A stretch of 64,000 nucleotides of DNA from Phaeosaccion multiseriatum (GCA_965112735.1 OZ218953.1:620001-684000), one strand, 5' to 3'; positions 13,991-27,300 are shown, counted from the first letter of the stretch. Numbers and translations: made by a program. The notes: generated by a model not told the origin, from the sequence alone.

Positions 13991-14388
13991 CAGCAGCAGG
14001 AGCAACATCAGGAGGTGGAAGAGGAGGGAAAACAAGATGAGAACCGACGATGTGCTGGTGGTGCAGAGAGCGCAAAGAGTTTTGGGAGGGAGGGAAGTGC
14101 TTCTACCGCTGCTTGGGGGGGGCAGGTGACCGCTGCCGGAGTCGGAAGATCCGTAATGAATGGCGAGGACCAGGTGCAGCAGCAGCTGCAGCAGCGGCAG
14201 CACCACCACCAGCAGCAGCAGCTTCTGTTGCAGCAGCAGGAGCAGCAGGAGGTAGAGAATCTGCGAAGTGCTGAACGGACAGAGAGCGCAAAGAATAATA
14301 TCTGGAGGGAGGGAGGTGCTGCTGCTGTGAGGGGAGGCGAGGTGACAACTGCCGGAGTCGGAAGGTCGGTAATGAATGGCCAGGTTGA

Positions 14389-14424
<36 letters not shown>

Positions 14425-15352
14425 CCGCCACCAGCTCTACCATCTCCACCCACCGTACCACCAGCAGCAGCACCAGCAGCAGGAGCAGCAGGAAGAGGAC
14501 CTGCGAAGGGACGGCACTGGCGAGGGTGGGAGAGCAGCAGTGGGAGTGGCAGCAGCAGGGCAGGGCAACAATGGCAGCCTCCATCCACCTCAAGGTCTCG
14601 AGACAGTGGGAAGTGCTGCTGCTAATCTCCCTTACCTTTCTGCCCCACTTCCCATCCCTCATCCCAATCCCATGCAGCCTGTGGCGTCCAGCGGGCCTCA
14701 GGGGCTTGGGACGGTGGGAAGTACGGTTGCCACTCTACCTCCCTCCTCGATGCAGCTCCCCGTCCCCGACTCGATACCCAAGGCGGCAAGGGTCCAAACT
14801 GGAAAGCGGTGCAATGTGGACGGCTGTCAGAGCTTTGTGAAGCAGGGGGGGAAGTGCACGAGGCATGGGGCCTTGGTCAAGAGGAAGAAATGTTGCGTCG
14901 ACGGCTGCGAGAGCTTTGTGAAGCAGGGGGGCAAGTGCATGCGGCATGGTGCCTTGGTCAAGAGGAAGAAGTGCAGTGTGGAGGCCTGCGAAAGCTTTGT
15001 AAAGAAGGGCGGGCTCTGTATGCGCCACGGCGCCGACGTGACGCGCAAGAGGTGTCGCATTGAGGGGTGTGAGAGCTTTGTAAAGCAAGGCGGGGTGTGC
15101 ATGAAGCATGGAGCTGAAGTCAAGCGTAGGATGTGCATTGTTGAGGGATGTGAGCGGCTGCGCAAGAAGAGCTGTCTTTGCATGAAACACGGCGCCGACG
15201 TGAAGCGAAAGCGATGCTCGGAGGTGGAGTGCGAGAGCTTTGCCAAGCAGGGTGGGCTCTGTATGAGGCACGGAACGAAGCGTACTACTGAATCGGGTGA
15301 TGATACAAGTTTACAAGCGTCGACTTACGTTGGACCCTCCCTTACGGGGTGA
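13505..15352 (+). CDS. Intronless polyQ protein with six tandem WRKY-like (C-x4-C...GG-x-C-x2-HG) zinc-finger repeats; putative DNA-binding regulator
   Basis: 615-aa ORF. C-terminal repeats: CNVDGCQSFVKQGGKCTRHG, CCVDGCESFVKQGGKCMRHG, CSVEACESFVKKGGLCMRHG, CRIEGCESFVKQGGVCMKHG, CIVEGCERLRKKSCLCMKHG, CSEVECESFAKQGGLCMRHG. The N-terminus has CAG-encoded polyQ tracts. Confidence 0.85.
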
Positions 15353-15903
15353 CACGTTGCTCGATCCTGTGGCGTATGCGGTGTGTGAGCTGAGGCCGAG
15401 CCTCCTCTCCTCGCGACCCGTGAGTGGGGATCGTGAGTGGGGATCGATGCGGCATTCGACACCATTTACCATCATGCCAGCAGTCATGGGTCCGCGCAGC
15501 ACCACCTTACGAAGGAAGGGCCCCGTCTGCCAGCTTGCTTCTGGTGCACAGTCGCACAGCCTAGGCCGAGGGCAAGGAAGGTCGTGGCTGGGTACTCACA
15601 CAGATGAGGGCGTTAACCGACAGTCGAGGCGTAAAAAAAAAGAAGAAGAAAAAAAAGAGGTTTGTGAGGGCCCCGTCTATAAATACTACTGTATCTACTC
15701 TTGCATTCGTTGTGTGTACGTATGTGTGTGTATCCTACCGAGGGGAGGTGAATTTTCCCGGGGAGAGGGTATCCGTTAAAGGAAAAGAAGGATATGAGTG
15801 GTAAATAGAGAAGAGTAGTGCGTCGGCGGACGTACAGGACCTTCAGCAGCAGCAGAAGCAGCGGTAGCAGCAGCAGCAACAGCAGCAGCATCAGTCACTC
15901 AGA

Positions 15904-18900
15904 ATGAATGGCAGGAAGGATGAGATGGCAGACCTTCCAAGGCTGGTGATTAAACTCGGCAGTCAAGATTTGCTGGGGAGGGCGCACGAGGTTGTGGTCG
16001 AGCTCGGGGAGAAGCCCTTCGCCTTCTGGTACGATGGAAAGGGTAGAGAGGCGGAGCAGTACAGCTTCAGGCGCATGTGGGATGAGGTAAGAGGACGGGA
16101 GAGAAAGCCCGCCGCCAGCAGTGAGCCAGGCAGTGGCTGTACTCTAGGCGACATCACCCGAGGGGCGAGTGCAAACACCACGCAGTAGAGGGGGGGGGTG
16201 CCCTCCTTCTCGTCTTTCATCTATCTCTCTCCTCCTTCACTATACCCGCTCTCCTCGACTCGCACTATCGAACGCGGCCTTATGCCTGCTTCTCGCTCCT
16301 ACCCCTTCTTAGGCGGGCAAGATTGCCTACATGCTGCGGGGGGAGTGGGGTGTGCCCAAGGGAGCCATGGTGGTGCTGTGCTACGGGCCGGGCTTGCACT
16401 TCTTCGCTGCCTTCCTCGGCTGCTTCAGAGCGGGCGTGGTGGCGGTGATGGTGTACCCGCCCGCTCCTCCGCTGTCCAAGTCACTGCCCAAGATGAGCAA
16501 GATCGTTGCGGACTGTAAGCCCCTGCTGTGCCTCACTGACTCCACGATAGCAGCTGTGCGCAGAGTGGACAGAGCCAATCCACTCTCTGACTCGCGCAAG
16601 CTGTGGCCTGAGGACCTCGACTTTAAGGCTACGGATGGGGGGCTGCTTCCGAGCTTCTTCTCCTCCTCGTCAGACGCAGGGAGGAGCTTTGACGAGCCGA
16701 GCGTGGCCGAGGAGGACCTGGCGTTCCTGCAGTACACGAGCGGTTCTACCGGTGACCCCAAAGGCGTGATGGTGACCTTCGGTGCACTCATGGCCAACGT
16801 GTACCTCATCGGCTGCCACCCCGCTACGGGGATGTGCCGCATGTGGCCCTCGGACAAGGCTGGAGACTCCTCCTCAGACCAGCCGGAGGCGAGCAGCAGC
16901 GGTCCAGCCGAGAGGTCTGCACCAAGTGAGCGGCTGCACAACGTGCCAACGACAGGCTTCTCGTGGTTGCCCCAATATCATGTGAGTAATGTGAGCGAGC
17001 GAGGGAGTAGAGGATAGACAAGAGAGGAAGGGAGGCATATATGTGCGGCCCGCGGCCCGACACCCCTCTGCTCTGCTTTGCTTCTCGTCTTTGTCGCGCC
17101 CCACTTACTACCCTGCTGCCATTGACTAGTGAGTGGGCCTTTGTCTTGACGGCACCCACCTCGTTCTCCTTCTTGAGTAGGCCTGCCATGCATTGACCAT
17201 ACTCTCTCTGTGCTTCTCAGGACATGGGTCTCGTACTCGGCCTCCTCACCCCCTTCCTGACGGGCATGACAATGCACTACATGTCCCCCGTGACGTTCAT
17301 TAAGCGGCCCCTGCTCTGGCTGGAGCTCGTCTCTCGGCACCGCGTGGAGTGGTCCGTCGCCCCCGACTTCGCCTACGCTCTCTGCGCCCGCTACATGGCC
17401 AAGGTGCGCGGCACTCGTAAGGAGCCCAAGCTGGATCTGTCCTCCGTGGTCACGCTGACGTCGGGAGCTGAGCCCATTCGAACGGAGACGGTGGAGAGGT
17501 TCGAAGCGGCCTTCCTGCCTTTCGGTCTCCGGCAGGGGTGAGTGAGTGGGTGGTAGTCACTTTGACCTGCGCTTGAGCGCGAGAGATCTGTCACGGCATC
17601 CTCCCTGCTGCCCCCGTTTTTGGGCCGCTGAGTCCTTTCTAACCTTGTGCCACTCTCCCTTGTACGTACCTCTCTTTGACTTGTACACTGGCAGGTGGTT
17701 CTCGGCTGCGTACGGACTCGCTGAACACGTAGTGTCAGGTAAGAAGCCTTCACAGAAGGGGGGGCGGGTCGAGGAGGAGGGACAGGCGGTGGTGCATTTC
17801 CTTCTCTCCGGATAGGACTCGGCCCAAAGGCTCATACATTCGTCCTCTTGTCTTCCCACCGCTTTGCGTTCTTTCTCCAGTCTCCTGGGCCACTGTCCTC
17901 GATCGATCACCTTCTCGCCCCGACCTGACCAGCGTCGGTTCCCCGGGCGACAGGCTTGACTTTATGGACATTCGAATCGTCAATCCTGACACCAGGGTCG
18001 AGGTCAGCGAAGCAGCAGCCACGGGAGAGATTTGGATCTCCTCCCCCTCTGTCGCCGCCGGGTACTGGGGCAAGCCCGAGCTGTCCAAGGAGACGTTTGG
18101 TGCCACACTTGCACTCCCCAGAGGAGGAGCAGAGGGAAGCGATGACAGTGATGTCTCAAGTTGCAAGTACCTGCGGACGGGCGACGTGGGCTTTGTGGAG
18201 GAGGGGTTGCTGTACATCTGCGGTCGCATCAAGGACCTCATCATCTTCAACGGGGTCAACCACTACCCGCAGGACGTGGAGTTTGCTGTGCAAGAGGCCT
18301 CCAGTGCCGTTCGGCAGGGCTGCATTGCGGCCTTCTCCTCCGACGAGACGGGAGGGGACGGCGTACTGGAGGTGGTGTTCGAGATCCGGCAGGAGCGAGA
18401 GAGCGAGGCTCAGGCAGTGGTGGAGGCCGCTCAAGCCGCATTGTCGTCCTGTCTGGGCCTCCGAGCGGCCAGGGTGGTGGCCGTCAAGCAGAAGACCATC
18501 CCCAAGACCACGAGCGGTAAGATCCGACGGCGGGCGACAAGGCAGGCGCTTCACGCTGGCGAGCTGCACATGGTGCGCGAGCTCACCGAGGACACCGCGA
18601 GTGGGCAAGAAGGGAGGGCGGTTGCGATGTCACAGGTGTGAACGCGCGAGGGTGGAGGCCTCTTACCTATGTCATTCTTTCTTTACCTCTCTTTGTGGTC
18701 TGTCGTGCTTGCCCTTCGCAGACCTCTTGATCCTGCTCTGGTGCGGGGAAGCGTTGCTGAGGAAGTTGTTGTTGGTCTCACCCACCTGTTTTGCCCGTTT
18801 CCTCACACACACCGACAGGGCCCTCCTCTTGATGACCTTGCAAGCACGCGCTCAACTCCAGAGGACAGGCCTCGCTCCGTCGAAGGCGAGGTCCCGGAAA

Positions 18901-21256
18901 GAAGAGGAGAACGAGAGAGCAGTCTGGCCATTCATTCTATGGAGAGCCTCGGTAGGCAGGCAAGGGTGGCCATCATCTTGGAGGAGATCATAGGCTTTGC
19001 AGTGGAGGTGACGCACAATCGAGCTCTGACCGCCGATGACCGCTTCATGGAGGCGGGTATGACCTCGGTGATGATGGCGGAGCTGGCGGTGATGCTCGAG
19101 GACTTTCTGGGCAGCGAGAGAACGGAGGAGGAGGGGGACAAGGACTTTGAGCTTGGGGCCGAGGCCTTCTTCGACTATCCGACACCTGCTCTCTTGGCGG
19201 CTCACGTAGAGACGACCCTGTTTGGAGAGGGAGAGGGGGACGACGCTTCTGCTGACGGACTGCCTCCTCCTCTTCTTTCTGATAGTGGCAGCGACATTGC
19301 AGTCATTGGGATGGCCTGTCGCTTCCCCGGCGGATGCAACAGCCCGGAAGAGCTCTGGGCGAAGCTGTGCAATGAGGAAGACTGCGTCACCGATGCGCCC
19401 TCTGAGCGAGGCTTGGGAGCGGGAGTGAGAGGTACGCTATAAGTCTGCCTTGCTGCACACACATGATTGATTGCGGCATGCATCTCAGCCTGTGTAGCCT
19501 GTATTCTGCAGTGCTTCTTAGCACCCTCCTAAACATCTGCTCTTCCTCTCCCCTAATAATGCGATCAGGAGGCTTCATCGACACCGTGGAAGCGTTCGAC
19601 AACGCATTCTTTGGTATGTCCATCGCCGAGGCGGAGGCCCAGGACCCCAACCAGCGCATCATGCTCGAAGTGGCGTATGAGGCTCTGCATAGAGCCGGCT
19701 ACGAGGGCAGGCACAGGCTTGAAGGTCACCGAGTCGGCGTGTTTGTGGGCGCGGCAGGGAGTGACTGGTCCGCGGTGCTGCGTGATAGCGCGAGTGGTAG
19801 GTCTCCCAACGCGTACACCCTGGCAGGTGCAAGCCGGGCTTGCTTCGCGGGCCGTATTTCGCACACGCTGGGCCTTGTCGGGCCATGCGAAAGCGTAGAT
19901 GCAGCATGCTCATCGGCATTTGTGGCCCTGAACAACGCTTGCAACAGCCTAAGACTGAGGCAATGCAGCTCTGCCGTGGTTGGCGGGGTCAATCTGCTGC
20001 TCCACCACCAAGGCTTTGGCGGCCTGGCAAGTGCGGGGCTTCTGTCTAAAGAAGGGTGAGTAATTGCGCTTTTGCGACTCTCGCTCTTTGGAATGCGCTG
20101 TCTTCATGAAGTCGCCTTCGCTGACATTTGACGTTGTAGGAGTAAGTACTCGTCGTACGAAGAGGAGCCTCTCTGTGTTAGCTGGCTTGCCTGGAATCGA
20201 AGGTCTTGACCGGAGCTTTTGACTCACCTAACAAACGTGCCTCCACTCTTCCCCGGACTCCTCTCCTCCTGCTTCCACACCATGCCTGCCCTTCCATAGG
20301 CGCTGCAGGTCTTTTGACGTTCGTGGGGATGGATATGTGCGCAGCGAGGGCAGCGGGGCTGTCGTGCTGAAGCTCCTGTGCGAGGCCATCAAGGATGAAG
20401 ACAACGTCCTCGCCGTCATCAAGGCAGCGGCTGTCAACCACAGCGGCGTCAGCATTTCTCTGTCCGCCCCCAAGGGAGCCGCCCAAGAGAGATTGGCGAG
20501 GAGCGCCCTACGGCAGGCAGGGTACGAGGGGAGAGAAGTGAGCTACGTCGAGGCCCACGCCACGGGAACCGTCATGGGCGATGCCATCGAAATAGGTAGG
20601 TACAGATCGAGGAAAAGGGGGATGGAGTGATGTCGAAATAGGGCCCTTTTGTGTGTCGTGAGCTGGGCTGTTGCAAATGCTTTCACTGGGGAGGAGGGTG
20701 GCGAGAGATATCACACCAATCTCACGCATATTTTCCTCCTTTCCTTCCTTTCATTCTCCCCTCCTTCCTTCCTTCCTTCCTTCCTTCCTTCCTTCCTTCC
20801 TTCCTTCCTTCCTTCCTTCCTTCCTTCCTTCCTTCCTTCCTTCCTTCCTCCCTTCCTCCCTCCGCCCCCCCCCCCTTCCTCCTTCCATTCCCTTCCTTTC
20901 TTCCTTGCCCCTTTCCTTCCTTCCTTCCTCCCTTCCTCCCTCCCATCCTTCCGTTCCCTTCTTTCCTTCCTTCCTTCCTTCCTTCCTTCCTTCCTTCCTT
21001 CCTTCCTTCCTTCCTTCCTTCCTTCCTTCCTTCCTTCCTTCCTTCGTCCCTCCCTCCCTCCCTTCCTTCCTTCCTCCCTCCCTTCCTCCCTTCCTTCCTT
21101 CATTCATTCCTTCCTTCCCTCCTTCCTTCGTTCCTCCCTCCCACCATCCTTTCCTCCCTTCCTCCCTCCCTTCCTTCCTTTCATTCTTCCCTTCCTCCTT
21201 CCGTTCCCTTCCTCCCTCCCGTCCTTCCTTCTTTCTTCTTCCTTCCTTTCTTTCGT

Positions 21257-21326
<70 letters not shown>

Positions 21327-24300
21327 TTCCTTTCCTGTCTCCTTCCGTTCCCTTCCTCCCTCCCTTCCTTCATTCCTTCCGTCTTTCCTTCCTTCCTTCC
21401 TTCCTTCATTCCTGCCTCTCTTCCTTCCTTCCTTCCTTCCTTCCTTCCTTCCTTCCTTCCTTCCTTCCTTCCTTTCTATTTTCCCTTCCTCCTTCCGTTC
21501 CCTTCCTTCCCTCCTTCCTTCCTCCCTCCCTCCCTCCCTCCACTCCTTCCTTTCATTCTTCCCTTCCTCCTTCCGTTCCCTTCTTTCCTTAATTTCCATC
21601 CTTCGTTCCTTCTTTCCTCCCTCCCTCCCTCCCTCCCTCCCTCCCTCCCTCCCTTCCTTCCTTCTTTCTTTCCTTCCTCCCTTCCTCCCTTCCTCCCTTC
21701 CTTCCCTCCCTCCTTCCTTCGTTCCTCCCTCCCTCCCTCTCTCCCTTCCTTCCTTCCTTCCTTCCTTCCTTCCTTCCTTCCTGCCTTCCTTTCATTCTCA
21801 CCTTCCTCCTTCCGCCCCCCTCCTCCCTCCGTTCCTTCCTTCTTCCATTCTTCCTTTCTTTCTTTCGTTCTTTTCTTCCTTCCTTCCTTTCTTCCTTCCT
21901 TTCTTCGTCCTTCCTTCTTTCTTTCCTTCCGTTTCCCCTTCCGCCGCTCTCTTCCGTCACTCCTTTCCTTCAATCCCTTGTTTCGCTCCCACAGGCGCTC
22001 TCAAGGCGGCTTTCACCTCCAACAGGCCTGAGGCCTTCCCCCTTGTAGTGGGCACCGTCAAGACTTCCCTGGGCCACATGGAGGGGGCGTCGGGAATGGC
22101 TCAGCTCATCAAGGCCATCCTGGTACTGCAGCACCGAGAGGCCCCAGCCAACCTTCACCTCAAGGAGGTCAACCCCAAGCTTAAGCTGGAGGGCGTGCCC
22201 GTCACGCTGCCCACCCGAAGGACGCCACTTTCCTCCTACTGCTCCGACGGCTCGACGCTGCTCGCGGGTGTCAACTCCTACGGTGTTGGCGGAGTACACG
22301 CCCACGTCATCTTGGGCAGCTATGGCGACATGAGGCCCGAAGGCGCAGCAGAGGGGGCTGACACCCCTTGGCAGGGGTTTCCCTCGTCGCAGCGGTTCCC
22401 CCTCCCGAAGAGAGCCACACCAGCACACGATTGCGTGGGTCCTGCATCTGCTCCTCCCCCAGCGAGAGACGCCCTCTCACAGTTACGCGGGACTCTCTCT
22501 GTGCAGTCACCCGAGGATCGCCACGGGACTCTGTTGGAGCTCCTCAAGGCGGTTGTGCTCAAGTGTGTTGATGCAGACATGCCACCGCTGGACGACAATG
22601 TGCCCTTGATGGAGGCAGGCCTGGATTCGATGGCACTTGAGGAGGTGCGCAATCGCCTTCACACCGACTTGGGGGTGACAGTCACCACTGATGTGCTCTT
22701 TGAGCACCCAAGTATTGCGGCGCTCGCGGGCTGGCTGGATGGCGAGGTAATGGGAACAGGAGGCACCAGGGGCTTAGCGCGAGAGCTGAGCCCCACTTCA
22801 ACTTGGCCTCACTTGGCGGTGGTGGGCATGGCGTGCCGCTTTCCAGGAGGGGTGACTTCACCAGAGGGTTTCTGGAACATGCTTTGCACGGGATTGGACT
22901 GCATCTCTACGGCTCCAGCAGACAGGTGGGGAGGCGGCTCGAAGGAGTGGCGAGGAGGCTTCATAGAGGGCGTCCACCTCTTCGACAACACCTTCTTTGG
23001 CATTTCGTCAGCGGAAGCGCAGAGTATGGACCCCAACCAGCGCGTGCTGTTGGAGGTGGCGTTCGAGGCGCTGCACCGGGCAGGCTATGACAGGAGCAGT
23101 CTCCGCAAGAGCAAGACGGGGACCTTCATCGGGTGCGCTGGGAGCGATTGGCTGCAGGCTAGAGTGAACCAAGGAGCAGCCAGCGAAAGAGATGGCGTGT
23201 ACGCTGCGTCGGGGGCCTCCATGTCCAATTTGGCCAACCGAGTGTCTTACACGCTAGGGTTGAATGGGCCCAGCTCAACTGTGGACACGGCGTGCTCGTC
23301 CTCCCTAGTCGCCCTGGACAGTGCCAGCAACAGCCTCCGATTGGGCAAGTGTGACGCAGCTGTTGTCGGCGGAGTGAACCTCCTGCTGAGCGAGGCGCCT
23401 TTCAAGCTCCTTTCTTCAGGAGGGTTTCTGTCACTAGACGGGTAAGTAAGTGAATGAGTGAGTGAGTGAGTGAGTGAGTGAGTGAGTGAGTGAGGGGAGA
23501 GGAAGGGAGGGAAGGGAGGGAAGGGGGGAAGGCGGGAAGGAAGAAGGGAGTGAGTGAGTGAGCGGGGGAGGGAAGGAGGGAGAGGAAGAGGGACAAGGAG
23601 GGAGGGAGACGAAGAAAGAAAGTGAGGGAGTGAAGGAGCGGGAAGTAGGGAGGAAGGAAGGAAGGCAGAAGGGAAGGATGGAAGGAAGGAAGGAAGGAAG
23701 GAAGGAAGGAGGGAAGAAAGGCAGAAGGGAAGGAAGGAAGAAAGGAAGGAAGGAGTGAGGGAGTAAGCAAATGAGCATTGTGGCCCATCAGGTAGATATG
23801 TGTAGTGTCCACCTTGATTAGACCCACTGCTTCGTTCAGTACGGCAGAGTGAGAGCCTCAAATCTGCGCTTCTCCTCCAGTCTCCTTACCTAATTCTCCC
23901 CTGTTTGCCCCTTCCGCCCTCACTCCCCAGGCGCTGCAAAACATTCGACAAGTCGGCCAATGGCTACGTCAGAGGCGAGGGGTGCGGAGCAATCGTGCTG
24001 AAGCGTCTAGATGACGCCCTTGCCGACAACGATGAGGTGCTGGCTGTCCTGCGAGGCTCGGCTGTGAACCACAACGGGCCCAGCGTGCGGATGACGGCTC
24101 CGAACCCTGGTGCCCAAAAGGAGCTCATCGCAGACGCCTTGATCGACGCTGGGCTGTATCCGAACGACGTGAGTCTCATCGAGGCGCACGGCACAGGCAC
24201 GTCGCTCGGCGACCCCATCGAGATGAGCGCTCTCCGAGGAGTGTTTGCTCACGACCGCGATGAAGCAAAGCCTTTAATTGTAGGGGCGCTCAAGACAAAC

Positions 24301-27300
24301 ATTGGGCACTTGGAGGGTGCAGCAGGGATTGCCGGATTCATCAAAGCCGTGTTGATGGCGCAGCACAAGACCGCTCCACCAAATTTGCACCTCACGGAGC
24401 AGAATCCCGAACTTGACACCGAGGGGTTTGCAGTCGTACTCCCATCTTCCTTGACCCCCTTACCGACCAACTCCAACGGCTCTGTGGTGATCGGCGTCAG
24501 TTCCTTCGGATTCGGAGGTACCAATGCGCACGCAGTGCTCAGCAGCTACGAACCAAAGGCGGGTGAGGACGGCGGCGAGGGCTTGTTGCAGCAGCATGAG
24601 CACCAAAGCAACAAAATCGCTCCAGTGGCATTCTTGTTCACTGGTCAGGGGTCGCAGTACGTGGGCATGGGCAGGGAGCTGTACGAGAGGGAGGGCGTGT
24701 TCCGCGAGTGCGTGCAGCGGTGCAGCAGGCTGCTCATGGAGCGAGCTTGGCTGGACAAGTCTGTGGTGGAGCTCATGTACCCCGCGGTCGCTGAGGAGGA
24801 GGAGGAGGAAAGTGCACAAGCGCTGCTGAAGGAGACGCGTTACTGCCAGCCGTGTCTGTTTGTGCTGGAGTACGCCCTGTGCGAGCTGTGGAAATCGGAG
24901 GGCGTGGAGCCGTCGATGGTGATGGGCCACAGTCTGGGCGAGGTGGTGGCGGCGTGCGTGGCTGGCGTCATGTCGCTGGAGGACGGGCTGATGCTGTCCG
25001 CCAGGAGAGGAGCCATCATGCAGGCCTGCCCTGAGGGCGATGGAGTGATGTTCGCAGTGAAGGCAGGCCGCGTGGCCACCTTGGCAGGCATCGTGGCTGC
25101 GAGGCTGGCAGGCGAAGTGGTGCTGGCGTCGTCGAATGGACCGAGCGCGAGCGTGATCTCTGGAGCGCGCTGCGCTGTGGACAATGTGGTGGAGAAGCTC
25201 ACGGCAGATGGGGTGGGCTGCAAGGCCCTGGAGGTGTCGCACGCCTTCCACTCTCCTCTGATGGAGCCCGCTGTACGTGCACTGGAGGAGGTTCTGAGGC
25301 AGGTGTCATTCAGCGCCCCACGCATTCCCCTGGTGTCCAACGTGTCGGGTGAGGTGGTGAAAGCGGAGGAGATGACGCAGGCGACGTATTGGGTGCAACA
25401 CATGCTGTCGCCAGTACTGTTCGCAGAAGGCATCCACACGCTGGTGGGGCACTGGATGGGAGACGGGAGGGGGGCTAACCTGAGCATCGTTGAGGTGGGC
25501 CCCAACCCTGTGCTGAGCAGCATGGGAGCCAAGTGCGAGCGTCGCGAGGGGCTGGCGTGGATCTCTTCCCTCACGCGAGGGAAGAGCTCCGAGGATTCGT
25601 TTGGAGCTGCCCTGGGCAGAGTAGCAGGGCCGGAGCATCTTAAGCTGTATCCGACTCGCCGACCGTTTCCTTGGTACAAGCCTCCGCTGGCTTTTATGCC
25701 GAATGGTGAGATGGTCCAGGAGGGAGACGGAAAGAGGCTTGCAAGCCCTTTCTCCCCTCACCTCAAGGACCTTCTCAAGGACCATGCCGTCAACAATGTG
25801 GTGATCATTCCGGGGGTGACGTACATTGAAGTGGGCGTCGTCGCTGCTCTAGGAGGAAGACAGATCGGGGTAGAGCAGCAGGTAGTCCTGCAAGGAGCCA
25901 GCTTTGTGGTTCCACTGGAGATTGAGGGTTTCCAACAGGCCGGCACGGACCAAGTGCAAAGCCGCCATACAATGATCTGTGCCGGGATGAGCGCCCTTCA
26001 CGCGGCAGATGGATGCATGCAGTTCTTCGGAGGTGCCACGGGCGACAAGGGCACCACGGCAAGAATGAAGTACGTGTCTGTCATGGAGAGAAGCACGCCG
26101 CGTGCTTCGCTGCACGTGGAATCCATTCGAGCTAGAGTTGGCGAGCAGGACGTATCGAGTGAGCTCTACAAGCATTTCGCAGACGCCGGCTTCCAGTACG
26201 GCCCCCGCTTTCAGCGGACCCGCCACATGTACGGAGGGGACGGAGAGGTTCTGTCGGTCGTGTGTGCCATGGATGAGGAGCTGTGCGAACCGTGGGAAAT
26301 GAAGGGCTTTGCTCTGCACCCCGCGGTGCTGGACAATGCTACCCATTCCATTATGCAAGCGCTGCCAAGGAAGCTGCTCAAGGAGGGGGGGGGCTCTCCA
26401 TTCCTACCTGCTGGCTTTGACGAGGTGGTCGTTTCCGCCTCCATGACGGGAAAGAGCGTGTGGGTGCACACGAAGCTGAGTGAGGTCCAGTCAGTGGCGG
26501 ACAGCGTCAAGTTTGACATCCGCATTGCAGACTTCGACAGCAAGGAGGTGCTCGTGGAGATGCGGGGCTTCCGCGTGCAGCGGGCGAAGGGCTTTGTGCG
26601 TGTCAGCCCCGTTCGTCGTGCAGTGTACGCATTGGAGTGGCAGGCCGCTGAACCGTCTTCACAGGAGGAGGCCCCTAATAGTGATACTGACTCTACTGAG
26701 GCGGCGGCGCCACAGAAGTGGCTAGTGCTTATTCCACAGGATGAGGGGGGGGAGGGAGAGACTGCAGTCATTGCTGTGATACGGCGCTGTGTTCCGGAGA
26801 ACGTGGACGTGCACTCTCGATATGGGGGCATGGACGCCTCCTGGGATGATGGTGCTCTTCTTCTTGGAGAGGATGAGTGGGCTCGCGTCTTGTACGTGCT
26901 GATACCCCGAGCTGGCGAAGCAGGCGCAGAAGGGGGCCAGCAAGCACGAGCGGCCTACGCCCTGATGGCTCTACTCAGGAGCCTGTCCACTGCGTCGAGT
27001 GTGCCGCTGACGGTTTTGACGAGAGGCGTCCAAAGCGGCGAGGACTGGCGTCACAGCTGGGTCACAGGTCTGGTGCGGACTGCGAGGATGGAGTGCCCTT
27101 CCATGCGGATTGGTGTGGTGGACCTGAACGACAAGGAGTCCCTAGACAGCGAGCTTGCCTTAGGCTTGGCCTTCCCTCCTTCCACAGAAGATGTGTGGGT
27201 ACGGGATGAACAGTGCTGGACGCCTCAGCTTGCACACCCAGCTTTGACTCTTCCGTTTTCCCTGGAGCTTAAGGCAAGAGGTAGTATAGCCAATGCCTTT

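Noticed and set aside
14800-15275. CRISPR-like regularly spaced repeats
   Set aside because: These are coding zinc-finger repeats in a eukaryotic gene.
16331-20630. Fragmented FAAL/KS ORFs read as pseudogenes or as a bacterial-style operon
   Set aside because: GT-AG introns join them in frame, with the same exon lengths in all four paralogs and no internal stops.
20649-21994. PSFL-repeat and EGRK-repeat ORFs, including the N-terminal half of ORF 20671..23445
   Set aside because: They lie in an intronic TTCC repeat. The real exon starts at 21995, as the paralogs show.
26640-27240. Methyltransferase domain between DH and ER
   Set aside because: No SAM-binding motif. WVTGLVRTARMECP fits the structural KR subdomain.
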